From Microcystis aeruginosa NIES-843 (GTDB lineage: Bacteria > Cyanobacteriota > Cyanobacteriia > Cyanobacteriales > Microcystaceae), in assembly GCF_000010625.1 (NCBI RefSeq), contig NC_010296.1:3480001-3512000 (forward strand): 32,000 nucleotides of DNA, read 5' to 3'. Every line of letters starts with the position of its first letter. The first letter of the stretch is position 1. The notes under the pieces are model-generated. The model saw only the letters and a program-made list of their open reading frames with translations, was not told where the DNA came from and did no database searches. Positions 19,701 to 28,900 of the stretch are shown one piece after another. A program made the position numbers and the translations under genes.

Positions 19701-22700
19701 TTCTAGGCAAATTCCCACCAAAGACTCCGTTTTTACCCCTTTTTTGCCTAAATAATGCCCTAATTGATTCGCTTTTTCGTTTAATTGACGGTAGGTTAAT
19801 TGTTCATTTTCTGTAATAATAGCGATCGCATCAGGACTGCGCTTAACTTGCTCCTCAAACAATTGATGAATACAGCCATCGGGATAGTGAACCTCGGTAT
19901 CATTCCATTCTTTTAATAATTGATGTTGTTCTTGCTCAGAAAGTAAACAACAAGTTTCATAACGTTCTAACCCTTCCGTTGCCATAGCGATGAGAGTTTT
20001 CTCGTAGTATCCTCCGATTAACTCCATCTGCTTTTCCCCTAGATAATTCCCATCATATTTAAGGGTAAGTTCTATTTGAGATGAAAGGGGATGAAGACTA
20101 AAATTAGCTAACAATGTAAAATTAGTTTGATTAAAAAACTTCCCTCCTAAGACTTCTAAATCTTTCACCCCGATGATACCTTGATAAACATGGAAATGAA
20201 TAAAATTAAAAGCCGTATCAAACAAAGGTTGACCTGATTTTTGTAACTCAGCGAGGGGATATCTTCGCCAAGATAAGCATTCTCTTTCAACATCAAAAGC
20301 TTGCTTAACTAAATCGCTCCAAGGTCCTCCAGATAACTCTAAACGTAGGGGCAAAGTATTCAAAAATAAACCTAATATCTTTTCCCCATCGGCTGCTTCT
20401 AACCGTCCATTAGAGACTAAACCCGTAACAATATCCCTCTGATTATTCAGTAAACTTAATACCCGAAAATGAGCCGCCAATAAAACACTTTTTAGGGGGA
20501 CTCCCACTTGTTTACCGAGTTGTTTTAATCCCTGAGATACCTGACTAGATATAGGAACTAACCAATCCCAATCTTGATTAACTTGATTAGATTTCGACCA
20601 CTGAGGAAGTTTAGTCAGCGTCACATCTCTGAGTTTTTCTTGCCAATAATTCTGGCATTCTGGCGATTGGACAGTTTTCTTTTCTAAGGCGACAAAATCC
20701 CTAAAACTAAGAGCAGGAGTTGGAGAGAGAGGGAGAACTTTTTTGTCGAGAAGATAGAGATACTGTTGTAACAATTCTGTGAGCAACGAAGCCACACTCC
20801 AACCATCTAAAATAGAGTGATGAAAACTGAAAGTTAGGTTAAAGTTATCCTGACTGCGGCGATGGAGATGAAAGCGAAATAAAGGAGGACTATCCCAGTC
20901 AAAAGTGCGGATTTTTTCCCGCTCAATCCAATCATCAATAGCCGTGTCTTGTTCAGAAGTAGATAAATGGGTTAGGTCATCTAATCCTAAAGGAACATCG
21001 ATTTGTCGATGAACTAATTGTAGGGGTTCCTGATATTCAAAGAGTGCGAAACTGGTTCGTAATACTGGATGCCGCTGGACAATCTCCTGAATAGCACTAT
21101 GTAAAGCGGGAAAACTAAAATCAGCACGAATATGATAGGTAAACACATCATGGTACACCGATAGATTCCCCTGATATTCACTATGAAATATCATCCCCAA
21201 TTGTAGAGCAGTTAGAGGATAAGCATCCTCCACTTCCTCCAGTAAATTGAGGCGAACTTCTTGAGAAATTAAACTAAAAACTTCCGTTTTTTCAGTCCCT
21301 AAAGTATCAATTTCATAGCTAACGCAATTGGCCAATTCTTGAATGGTTTGATGTTGCAATAATTGGGGTAAAGAAAAATGAAAACCCATTTGTCGCGCCT
21401 TAGCGATCACTTGTATGCCCCGAATCGAATCCCCCCCAAGTTCAAAAAAATTATCGTGAATACCAACCTCTTCGATGCCCAAAACTTCAGCCCAAATCAG
21501 TGCTAAAATTTCCTCAAGAGGGGTACAAGGTGCTACAAAATTCTCCGAATTCCTTAAACTGTTATAGCTTGGAGAGGGTAGGGCGCGACGGTCAATTTTT
21601 CCACTATTTGTCAGAGGAATAGCATCCAATTGCACAAAGGCATGAGGTATCATGTATTCTGGGAGTTGGTTTTGCAGATAACTCCGCAGTTGGGGAATCA
21701 GTTTACTGTTTAACTTAGACCTTAAAGGGTGATTTGCATAAAGTTGCCATTCAGGTTTTGCGGTGTGGGTGGGGGTAAAAGCGATGTAATTTCTACGGGA
21801 ATTTTCCAGCGGGGCAAAAATCACATCGTAACGGTCTGGAGTATCCGACCAAGTTACCCAAACCGAAAGGGATAAATCCTCAGCTAAAGCCGAAAAATCT
21901 TCAGGTTCTACGGCATTTTCTGGGATAATTTCCGATTTAATAGCTTTAAATTCCTCGGTCGTCCCAAAGTCTTGAGAATTCCTCAACAATTCCGCACTTT
22001 TTAAAGGTCCGAACAAGCGAGAATTAGGGACACCTATCACCCTTAACCCCTCAGATTTCCCCAGTTGATTTCTTACCTCAGATAAAGTCAGCTGCTGTTC
22101 AGTCCAGTTTGATTCTGGAAAGTCGGTGCTAAAATCCAGAATCGTTTCAATCCGCAGAACAACATTATAACGGAATTGAGTTAATTCGTTGTGGTGTTGA
22201 CCTCTCTCTAGATGAATCTCGACTTCAGTAATCTGAGGAAAATAGGACTGAATTGCTCTAAAAAAATCCGGGTCAATGAATAACTCATTTTCTTGCTCAA
22301 TTTTTCTCTGTACACGCTGTTTAAAATCCTTAATCGCATCCTCAGGGTTAGCCTTATAAAGTTCTACATCAGCGTGAAAAGCTTCCATGAGTTGCAAGTT
22401 TCGCACATCTCCAAGGAAAATACACCCCCCCGGAGTTAGTACCTTGATAGCTCCCTCTAAAACCCGCAATAAGTAATCTATATGGGGGAAATACTGCACA
22501 ACCGAGTTAAGGATAATTGTATCGAATCTTTCTGACTCCAAACCCTCAAAATTATCGGCTGTGCTATGCAATAGCCTGACTTGCTCTAGCTGAGGCCCTT
22601 CTTGATTAATTCGCTGAATATCGTCTAAGGCTACTGATGAAATATCGGTTCCCCAATAACACTGGCAATGGGGAGCAACTTGGAATAATATTAACCCGGT

Positions 22701-25067
22701 TCCACAACCTATTTCCAGAACTTTTTTAGGTTGTTGAGCGAGAATAACCTTAACTTTATCATCTAGCCATTCTCGCATCTGAGCAACCGGGATAGGTTCC
22801 CCCGTGTAACTACTATTCCAGCCAACAATATTAAATATCCCTTGAGAATCTGCCGATGTTTGGCTGTAAATTTGGTTATAGAGGCTTTGCCATTGCTCGA
22901 TTTGCTCATCGAATAATTGCCCTTTTTCTGAAGTCGCCAAGAGTTCCCCCTCTTGAGACTGACCCACAACATAAGCAATTAGTGTTTGACTCCCTGTTTC
23001 TGTCTCCGATGCAATAACTACCGCTTGCTCAACTGCTGGATGTTGACTGAGTATAGCTTCAATTTCCCCCAACTCAATCCGGAAACCTCGAATCTTAACT
23101 TGATGGTCAATCCGCCCTAAAAACTCAATATTTCCATCGGGTAAATACCGGGCTAAATCTCCCGTTTTATATAATTTTGCCCTAATTTCTCCCCCTATTT
23201 CTCCTTCGACCTTAGCAAAAGGATTAGGGATAAATTTCTCGGCCGTCAATTCGGGACGATTGAGGTATCCACGAGCTAAACCTATGCCACCAATGTGTAA
23301 TTCTCCCACAATCCCTATAGGAACTGGTTGTAAGTGCGGATTAAGAATATAAATCTGAGTATTGGCAATTGGTTGACCAATACTCACTAGAGCTTTTTGA
23401 TTCTCCGGCAAACAGGGCCAGTAAGTCACATCAATCGCCGCCTCAGTCGGACCGTAGAGGTTGTGAAGTTCACAGTCAAAATGCTCAAAAAAGCGTTGTG
23501 TTAAGTCTAATGACAAAGCTTCCCCACTACAGAAAACCCGCTTGAGAGAACTACATTCTTTTAGCTCTGGTTCTTGCAGAAACACTCGCAACATTGAGGG
23601 GACAAAATGAAGGGTAGTGATTTGCTGCTTTTGGATCAATTGTATTAAATAGGTACTATCTTTATGACCTTCTGGTTTAGCGACCACTAGGGTTGCACCG
23701 GCTAATAAGGGCCAAAAGAATTCCCAGACTGAAACATCAAAACTAAAAGGGGTTTTTTGTAAAATGCCATCACTCTTAGTTAACTGATAAGTATCCTGCA
23801 TCCACAACAAACGATTCCTAATCCCCTTATGATTATTCATTACGCCTTTAGGCTTACCTGTGGATCCCGAAGTATAAATAACATAGGCTAAATTTTCCCC
23901 CGTTACGCCACTGTCACAATTGTTCTGACTTTCTTGAGAAATTGCTGGCCAATCTGTATCCAAAGCAACAACAATTCCCCGGTATTCCCCCAACAATCCC
24001 CGCAGCGATTCCGCAGTAATGATCACTTTTACCCCAGTATCTTCTAATAGATAACTTAGGCGTTCTTGAGGATAATTAGGATCTAAGGGGACGTAAGCTC
24101 CTCCGGCCTTCAAAACAGCCAATAATCCTACTACCATTTCTAAGGAACGCTCTAGATAAATTCCTACTAATTCCTCTGGTTTTACTCCTAATTTTTGTAG
24201 GTAATGACCAAGTTGATTGGCTTTTTCATTTAATTTTTGATAAGTTAATTCTTGATTTTCAAAAATGACCGCCACTCTCTCAGGGTAAAGTTTGGCTTGC
24301 TCTTCAAATAGCTGATGAATCCATTGCTTTTCAGGATATTGAATGGCCGTATCATTCCAATCTCTCAGCAATTGTTCTCGTTCTTTTGTCGTTAATATAT
24401 CAATTTCTGACAAATCTATATCGGGATTACTCGTCACTGTTTCTAAGATTTTCTGGTAATGTCCTAGCATTCTCTCGACAAAATCTCTGGGAAATTTATC
24501 TTGAATAAAAGTGACAGAAACACCACTATCATCCGCTGCTATGGCAAAAACTAATTGAAACCGATTTAAGGAAGAAATGTCGGCGCACAGCCCTTCTTTG
24601 ATCACAGCAACGTCAAAAATATTCTCTAGATTTCCTCCTCTTGCTGCCAAGGTTTTGACCAAACTATCCAGCGTATAGTTTTGATGGCGATATCCTTCTT
24701 GTAAATCTTTACGAATGATTCTTAGTAAATCTTTAAATGAACTAAAATTCTGTTGATTGAATCGGCAAAATATCAGGCTATCTAATTTTTCTGTATTCAA
24801 AGCTGCTGTAGCCGTGGCAAACTCGACTTGAGCAGTATATTTAAACATTAAAACCTGGACAACAGCCAGATGAAATGCTAATTTATTAACGGAATTATTT
24901 GCAGTTAAACTGTTGATTTTTTCCTGTAAATCTGTAGAGATAACTTCAATAACGCTATCTTGCTCCCCGGTTTTATTCTGACTTACATTACCAAATAGAG
25001 TAGTTACTGGATCTATTTCTTGAAGTTGCCGAATTTGGTAATCAATTGAAACCAGATGTGCTTCCAT
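16704..25067 (-). CDS. mcyA: Microcystin synthetase McyA: NRPS bimodule (truncated C)-A(NMT)-PCP-C-A-PCP-E
   Basis: Starting at ATG 25067 gives 2787 aa, the length I recall for McyA. The track ORF (2821 aa) starts at GTG 25169 inside heptamer repeats. A1 has code DVWHFSLIDK (Ser type). It is split between motifs A8 and A9 by an N-methyltransferase with VLEIGCGTGL at nt 22692-22721. PCP1 has GGDS with its Ser codon at 21426-21428. The C domain has HHSILDG at nt 20802-20822. A2 has code DLFNNALTYK (Ala type). PCP2 has FFEVGGDS. The E domain has HHLGVDG at nt 17700-17720. Confidence 0.95.
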   Translation of the reverse strand: MEAHLVSIDYQIRQLQEIDPVTTLFGNVSQNKTGEQDSVIEVISTDLQEKINSLTANNSVNKLAFHLAVVQVLMFKYTAQVEFATATAALNTEKLDSLIFCRFNQQNFSSFKDLLRIIRKDLQEGYRHQNYTLDSLVKTLAARGGNLENIFDVAVIKEGLCADISSLNRFQLVFAIAADDSGVSVTFIQDKFPRDFVERMLGHYQKILETVTSNPDIDLSEIDILTTKEREQLLRDWNDTAIQYPEKQWIHQLFEEQAKLYPERVAVIFENQELTYQKLNEKANQLGHYLQKLGVKPEELVGIYLERSLEMVVGLLAVLKAGGAYVPLDPNYPQERLSYLLEDTGVKVIITAESLRGLLGEYRGIVVALDTDWPAISQESQNNCDSGVTGENLAYVIYTSGSTGKPKGVMNNHKGIRNRLLWMQDTYQLTKSDGILQKTPFSFDVSVWEFFWPLLAGATLVVAKPEGHKDSTYLIQLIQKQQITTLHFVPSMLRVFLQEPELKECSSLKRVFCSGEALSLDLTQRFFEHFDCELHNLYGPTEAAIDVTYWPCLPENQKALVSIGQPIANTQIYILNPHLQPVPIGIVGELHIGGIGLARGYLNRPELTAEKFIPNPFAKVEGEIGGEIRAKLYKTGDLARYLPDGNIEFLGRIDHQVKIRGFRIELGEIEAILSQHPAVEQAVVIASETETGSQTLIAYVVGQSQEGELLATSEKGQLFDEQIEQWQSLYNQIYSQTSADSQGIFNIVGWNSSYTGEPIPVAQMREWLDDKVKVILAQQPKKVLEIGCGTGLILFQVAPHCQCYWGTDISSVALDDIQRINQEGPQLEQVRLLHSTADNFEGLESERFDTIILNSVVQYFPHIDYLLRVLEGAIKVLTPGGCIFLGDVRNLQLMEAFHADVELYKANPEDAIKDFKQRVQRKIEQENELFIDPDFFRAIQSYFPQITEVEIHLERGQHHNELTQFRYNVVLRIETILDFSTDFPESNWTEQQLTLSEVRNQLGKSEGLRVIGVPNSRLFGPLKSAELLRNSQDFGTTEEFKAIKSEIIPENAVEPEDFSALAEDLSLSVWVTWSDTPDRYDVIFAPLENSRRNYIAFTPTHTAKPEWQLYANHPLRSKLNSKLIPQLRSYLQNQLPEYMIPHAFVQLDAIPLTNSGKIDRRALPSPSYNSLRNSENFVAPCTPLEEILALIWAEVLGIEEVGIHDNFFELGGDSIRGIQVIAKARQMGFHFSLPQLLQHQTIQELANCVSYEIDTLGTEKTEVFSLISQEVRLNLLEEVEDAYPLTALQLGMIFHSEYQGNLSVYHDVFTYHIRADFSFPALHSAIQEIVQRHPVLRTSFALFEYQEPLQLVHRQIDVPLGLDDLTHLSTSEQDTAIDDWIEREKIRTFDWDSPPLFRFHLHRRSQDNFNLTFSFHHSILDGWSVASLLTELLQQYLYLLDKKVLPLSPTPALSFRDFVALEKKTVQSPECQNYWQEKLRDVTLTKLPQWSKSNQVNQDWDWLVPISSQVSQGLKQLGKQVGVPLKSVLLAAHFRVLSLLNNQRDIVTGLVSNGRLEAADGEKILGLFLNTLPLRLELSGGPWSDLVKQAFDVERECLSWRRYPLAELQKSGQPLFDTAFNFIHFHVYQGIIGVKDLEVLGGKFFNQTNFTLLANFSLHPLSSQIELTLKYDGNYLGEKQMELIGGYYEKTLIAMATEGLERYETCCLLSEQEQHQLLKEWNDTEVHYPDGCIHQLFEEQVKRSPDAIAIITENEQLTYRQLNEKANQLGHYLGKKGVKTESLVGICLERTPEMVIGLLAILKAGGAYVPLDPAYPTERLNVILEDAQVSLLLTQAKLVEKLGNYPGNLVILEAEARNIALESPENLSLPVSSSNTAYVIYTSGSTGKPKGVVIEHHSTTTLLNWSKEVFSSEELAGVLGATSICFDLSVFELFLPLAVGGKIILAQNVLDLPSLSAAKEVTLINTVPTAIAQLLEIEAIPETVQTVNLAGEALSNQLVQKLYQQENIKNVYNLYGPSEDTTYSTFSLVPKGHHGQPSIGRPIANTQVYILDSFKQPVPLGTIGDLYIGGKGLARCYLNQPELTAEKFISNPFSNEPNAKLYKTGDLARYLPDGNIDFLGRGDNQVKLRGFRIELGEIEATLGTYPQVKQKVVKVWEDSYRNKRLVAYLVGENGPINTEDLRRFLGQKLPEYMIPALFVSLEALPLTPNGKIDRSSLPLPEIPWTSEQDFVPPHTQKEKILASIWQDVLSIKQVSRYDRFFEVGGDSILSIQVVARARQAGLKITPKQIFEYPTLAELATVADYSTAELAKQGLVRGIVPLTPIQLWFFEQNRAEMHHFNQSVLLEVPHHLKADLLAQSLRKLIEHHDALRLRFTVEEGQWQQVNEGMPEEVPFEVIDLSSIPQSQQRETLLAMATTQQASLNLSTGLLIKAVLFELAPYQPSRLLIIIHHLGVDGVSWRILLEDLLMTYQQLERGENVELPPKTIAFQDWALLLRDYGQGEKAREPLDYWLTQPWLEARNLPVDDEAGKQYNTVATANDVTVTLDEEQTRTLLQKVPAAYNTQINEVLLTALAETLTEWTENLTISLDLEGHGREDLFSEVDLSRTVGWFTSLFPVILRLPPENHPGERLKSIKEQLRAIPHRGIGYGISRYLSDDADIKSQLAEIPAREVLFNYLGQFEQGQLQKGDWKLANESKGPNHSLKGHRSHLLEITARVIEGQLQVNWTYSDLIYERSTVEYLGRSYKEALLKLIEHCLSPDAGGYTPSDFPVAHLNQQELDDILAEID
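16755..18122 (-). other. Epimerization (E) domain of McyA
   Basis: This is the C-terminal ~455 aa after PCP2, with the HHxxxDG variant HHLGVDGVSW at 17700-17720. It is consistent with D-Ala at microcystin position 1. Boundaries are approximate. Confidence 0.8.
21720..22922 (-). other. N-methyltransferase domain embedded in McyA A1
   Basis: SAM-binding motif I VLEIGCGTG lies at 22692-22721. The domain is inserted between GRIDHQVKIRGFRIELGEIE (A8) and LPEYMIP...NSGKIDR (A9/A10). Boundaries are approximate. Confidence 0.8.
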
Positions 25068-25113
25068 TGCTGTTCTAAGTAGTTGGACAAAAGTAAAGTT
25101 AACTGTAGGGTAA

Positions 25114-25142
25114 GGAGTCAGGAGACAGGAGACAGGAGACAG
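25114..25142. repeat. Heptanucleotide tandem repeat GGAGTCA (GGAGACA)x3, STRR-like
   Basis: Read directly. It lies 47-75 nt upstream of the mcyA ATG (25067) on the coding strand side. Confidence 0.7.
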
Positions 25143-25158
25143 CTTTTGTGTATTCTCC

Positions 25159-25179
25159 CCACTTGCCACTTGCCACTTT
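25159..25179. repeat. Heptanucleotide tandem repeat (CCACTTG)x2 plus CCACTTT, STRR-like
   Basis: Read directly. It is followed by GTCAGGA GTCAGTA at 25183-25196. Confidence 0.65.
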
Positions 25180-25973
25180 CAAGTCAGGAGTCAGTAAGAA
25201 TTGCGGCAATTTACATTTCTTAAGATAGACAACAGAATTTATGTCCGACTACTTAACCTTTTCCCTAAATAGTAGTTGATGGCGGTATTCAGAGTCATGG
25301 GGTACAATGCTTTTTCCCCGTTCCCAGTTCCCTTAAAGCGATAATTCCCGTCTCTGACGAGTGGGATTATTGCTATACGAACTACAGGAAACCCGCCTAG
25401 GGCTAAGGTCGAGGTTTCTGTCGCTTGTTCAAAATTGTTCTGAGCCTCGACATCATAGCATATTAACCGACATTCTGCACATCTTCATATACTTTTACAT
25501 ATTTTTACATTCCCCAAGCTGTTTTGACGAAAAATCTTCATTGTAGAAACTACTGTGGGAGCAATAAATTAGTAAAAATTATTAATTGAATATTAAGAAG
25601 TGCGGAAAGTGTGACATTTAAAGATAGATTAGCGCAAGACTATCAGATCTGAGGATGCCACACCCCATAAACGTTTATTGCAGATGTCTATTGACAATTA
25701 CTACCTTGATCAGGTACGATTAGCTGTCTGGTCGTAATAGCTGAAGGGGTGACAACGAGGTTGAAGTTTAAGTGAGGTGGGGGAAAAATTTCCTCACTGT
25801 GATCCATCAAATTAATCGACTTACTAGACAAAAACCAAATTCCCTCGTTATCTTTTGGCGAAAGTCTCAAGCTTTTTCCCTAAACCCGACACTCTACACC
25901 CTGTTTCACTTTCCATCTGCTTGTCACCCCGTCAGTCGCAATAATTATTCTTTTCCAAGTCGATTCTAACACT

Positions 25974-28900
25974 ATGGACTTTCAAGATAAAAAGAACTTA
26001 TCCGAAAACGACCAATCAATCCAAACTAGAGTTTTTAAAGCTCTTAGTGAAGCTAAAGAAAAATTAAAAGCTTTCGAGTCTCAACAAAGCGAACCCTTAG
26101 CTATCGTCGGTTTAGGTTGTCGTTTCGGTCATAATATTGCGACACCTGAATCCTTCTGGTCTTTCCTCAAAGCGGGTAAAAATAACCTCAGAGAAATACC
26201 TAAGGAGCGCTGGAACCAGCAGGATTTTTATGATTCAGATCGGAATAAAGTGGGTAAAATCTATGTTTCTCAGGGGGGGTTTCTTGATGATGTCTCCCAG
26301 TTTGATGCCCATTTTTTCGGAATTGCTCCCAAGGAAGCCGTCGCTATGGATCCTCAGCAAAGGTTGCTTTTAGAGGTAGCCTATGAAGCTTTGGAAAATG
26401 CAGGAATGGCAACAACGACGGCTAGAAGGGGAAAAACAGGGGTTTTTATCGGGATTACCAACAATGACTATGCCCGTATTCTTACCTCAAATGAGGACTA
26501 TAATGCCATCGGAGCCTATCATATTTCGGGTAATCATACTAATGCGGCAGCTGGGCGTATTTCTTACCTTTTAAATCTTAATGGTCCGAGTTTGGCAGTA
26601 GATACCGCTTGTTCTTCTTCCTTAGTCGCTGTTCATCTCGCTTGCCGTTCCTTACGTTCCCAAGAATGCAGACAAGCTTTAGTCGGAGGAGTGAACTTAG
26701 TTTTAACTCCAGAAGTCGTCATCGCCTTGTGCCGCAATCAGATGTTGGCCCCAGATGGCCAATGCAAAACCTTTGACGAAAGTGCCGATGGGTTTGGAAT
26801 CGGCGAAGGTTGCGGAGTCATCGTCTTAAAAAGACTCAGTGACGCTCTTCAAGATGGTGATCACATTTGGGCAGTGATTCGAGGGACCGCAGTCAACAAC
26901 GATGGAGCTAGTGGCGGCTTTACCGTTCCTAATGGGCCTGTGCAGAGAGAATTAATCAGAGAAGCTCTGGCTGACGCTCGTTTAGATGCCGAGGCGATCG
27001 ATTATGTTGAAGCTCACGGTACAGGAACATCTTTGGGAGATCCCATCGAAATTAAAGCCATAGCCGAGGCATTATGCCTCAATCGTCGGAAATCTAACCC
27101 GTTATTAGTCGGTTCTCTCAAAACTAATTTAGGTCATCTGGCGGCGGCGGCTGGAATTTCAGGATTAATTAAAACCGCATTATCGCTACACTACCGTGAA
27201 ATTCCGGCTCATCTAAATCTCAAAAAACCCAATCCTCATATTAATTGGGATGCCTTGCCGATTAGTATCGTTACGCAAAATTGTTCTTGGAATGTTAATA
27301 ATGGCAAGCTCAAAGCGGCTGGAGTCAGTTCTTTTGGAGCATCGGGAACCAACGCTCATGTTATTTTAAGTGAACCGCCTCAACCGCAACCCCAAACCCC
27401 AAAAATATCCCCCATTCTCGTTACTTTCTCGGCTAAAGAACCCGAACGTTTACGTCTTTTTACGACTCAATTTGTCGATGAGCTTGAGCAGAAAACAGAT
27501 CTCAGCGTCAAGGACATTGCCCTATCTTTAAATACCGGTCGTTTTCCCCATAAACATCGTCTCGCTCTTTTAGTTTCTAATCAAGAGAATCTGCGCCAAG
27601 GCATTCAGGCTTTTCTCAAGAGCGATGGGGATGAAAAGCAATTTCAAAATATTCAAAATAATAGCTTCGACATCATTTATGGAGAAGCGCAAAGCAATCC
27701 TAAAATTGCTTTTCTCTGCCATGACGAGCAAGAAATTAGTCTAGAAATCATTGAAACCCTGCTCAATAATGAGCCAATATTTTATGATGCTTTTAGGCAC
27801 TGTGATCATCTGTTTAAAAAATATTTAGAATTTTCTCTTCAGGAATTATTGTCATCTAAAAAAGCCTTAGAGCCTCAGATTCCTTTGTCTGTACAACCGG
27901 TATTATTTGCCTATCAATATGCTCTTTGTGAACTCTGGAAATCGTGGGGAATTTCTCCTTCTGCGATTTTAGGTTCTGGATTAGGGGAATATCTCGCCGC
28001 TCAACAAGCGGGCGTTTTTTCCCTTGAAGATACCGTCAAGCTGGTGGCAAAACGCGCTCAAATTAGCCCACAAAACCCCAACTCAGAAGACCTTTTATCC
28101 TTGCTCAAAAGCACCCCAGAAGTCGATTCTAACTCTCCCGATATTACCCTAATTTATCAGGGTGAAGTGGTGAAAAAATCTCTCAAAAATTCCGTGAATA
28201 GAGGGGAAAGGATTAGGCAAAAATCCGACGAAATCGCCCAGGGAATTTCTACTTTGCATCAAATGGGATATCAAATATTCCTAGAAATGGGAATCAGTGC
28301 CAATCTCATTAATATAGGTCGTCAAAAGTTAGGGGTAAATTCAATTCTATGGTTATCTAGTTTAGGGGAAGATTGTCACAGTGATCAGCATGAGCAAAGG
28401 GTGCTAGGTCAACTCTATGTACGAGGATTTAATATTAACTGGGAATCCTTTCATCGCTCACATCCGGGGCAAAAAATTAGTTTACCTAATTCGCCTTTTA
28501 TCCGCAAACGCTACTGGATAAATTCTGGCAATAAATCAGAGTCTTCTAGCTATAAAAACCCTAATTATTACTCTGGACATCCCTTACTAGGCGATCATTT
28601 TCCTTCTCCCTTAGCTCTCCTTCAATATCGAGGGAGCATTAGTCAACATAAACCTGCATTTTTAGGAGAACATCAGGTTTTTGATCAGGCCATATTGCCA
28701 GCATCTGCCTTGATAGAAATGGCTTTAGCTGCCGGGGAGAATCAAAGAGTTATTTTAGAAAATGTTGAATTTAAGAAGGCATTAATTTTAAAAGATACGG
28801 AAGACACATTACAGTTAATCATTGAGCAAAAAAGCTTTAAAATTTACCATGAACTTGAGCCAAATTGGGAAATATTAGTTACTGGAAAAATTGAGGAATT

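Larger units (their letters stand above)
25068..25973. promoter_or_regulatory. Divergent mcyA / mcyD intergenic region (bidirectional promoter region of the mcy cluster)
   Basis: 906 bp separate the two divergent start codons. It is established for Microcystis that mcyABC and mcyD-J are transcribed divergently from this region. From sequence alone I can point only to an AT-rich block (25561-25600), a direct repeat cTTTTACAT/tTTTTACAT (25492-25510) and a TACAAT hexamer (25303-25308). I cannot place transcription start sites. Confidence 0.7.

Noticed and set aside
13362-22978. Short ORFs inside mcyA/mcyB (13362-13556, 18231-18419, 18392-18625, 19192-19380, 19400-19603, 22763-22978)
   Set aside because: They are antisense or off-frame within strongly supported NRPS coding sequence, and their products are low-complexity or nonsensical. 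They look like chance ORFs.
25068-25169. 34-codon N-terminal extension of mcyA in the ORF track (2821 aa)
   Set aside because: It starts at GTG and is encoded by heptamer tandem repeats. ATG 25067 gives the expected 2787-aa protein beginning MEAHLVSIDY.
25361-25969. Three 60-65-aa ORFs inside the mcyA/mcyD intergenic region
   Set aside because: They lie in the known divergent promoter region, overlap each other on both strands, and have no RBS or domain signal.
26118-26147. KS N-terminal motif CRFGHNIATPE instead of CRFPGG(A)xxPE
   Set aside because: The Cys-His-His catalytic residues of the KS are intact, and this N-terminal motif is not catalytic. It is noted only as part of the generally divergent module 1.
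26137-26574. Small plus-strand ORFs (26137-26373, 26383-26574) and minus-strand ORFs (29380-29604, 30724-30945, 31208-31408) listed in the mcyD region
   Set aside because: They are out of frame or antisense to the 2009-codon open frame starting at 25974, which carries clear PKS motifs. The track omits that frame only because it has no stop within the window.
28680-28710. DH active-site motif reads HQVFDQAILP (Asp instead of the usual Gly in HxxxGxxxxP)
   Set aside because: The catalytic His, the Pro and the downstream DxxxQ motif are present. The fifth position varies among DH domains, so I do not regard this as evidence of inactivity.
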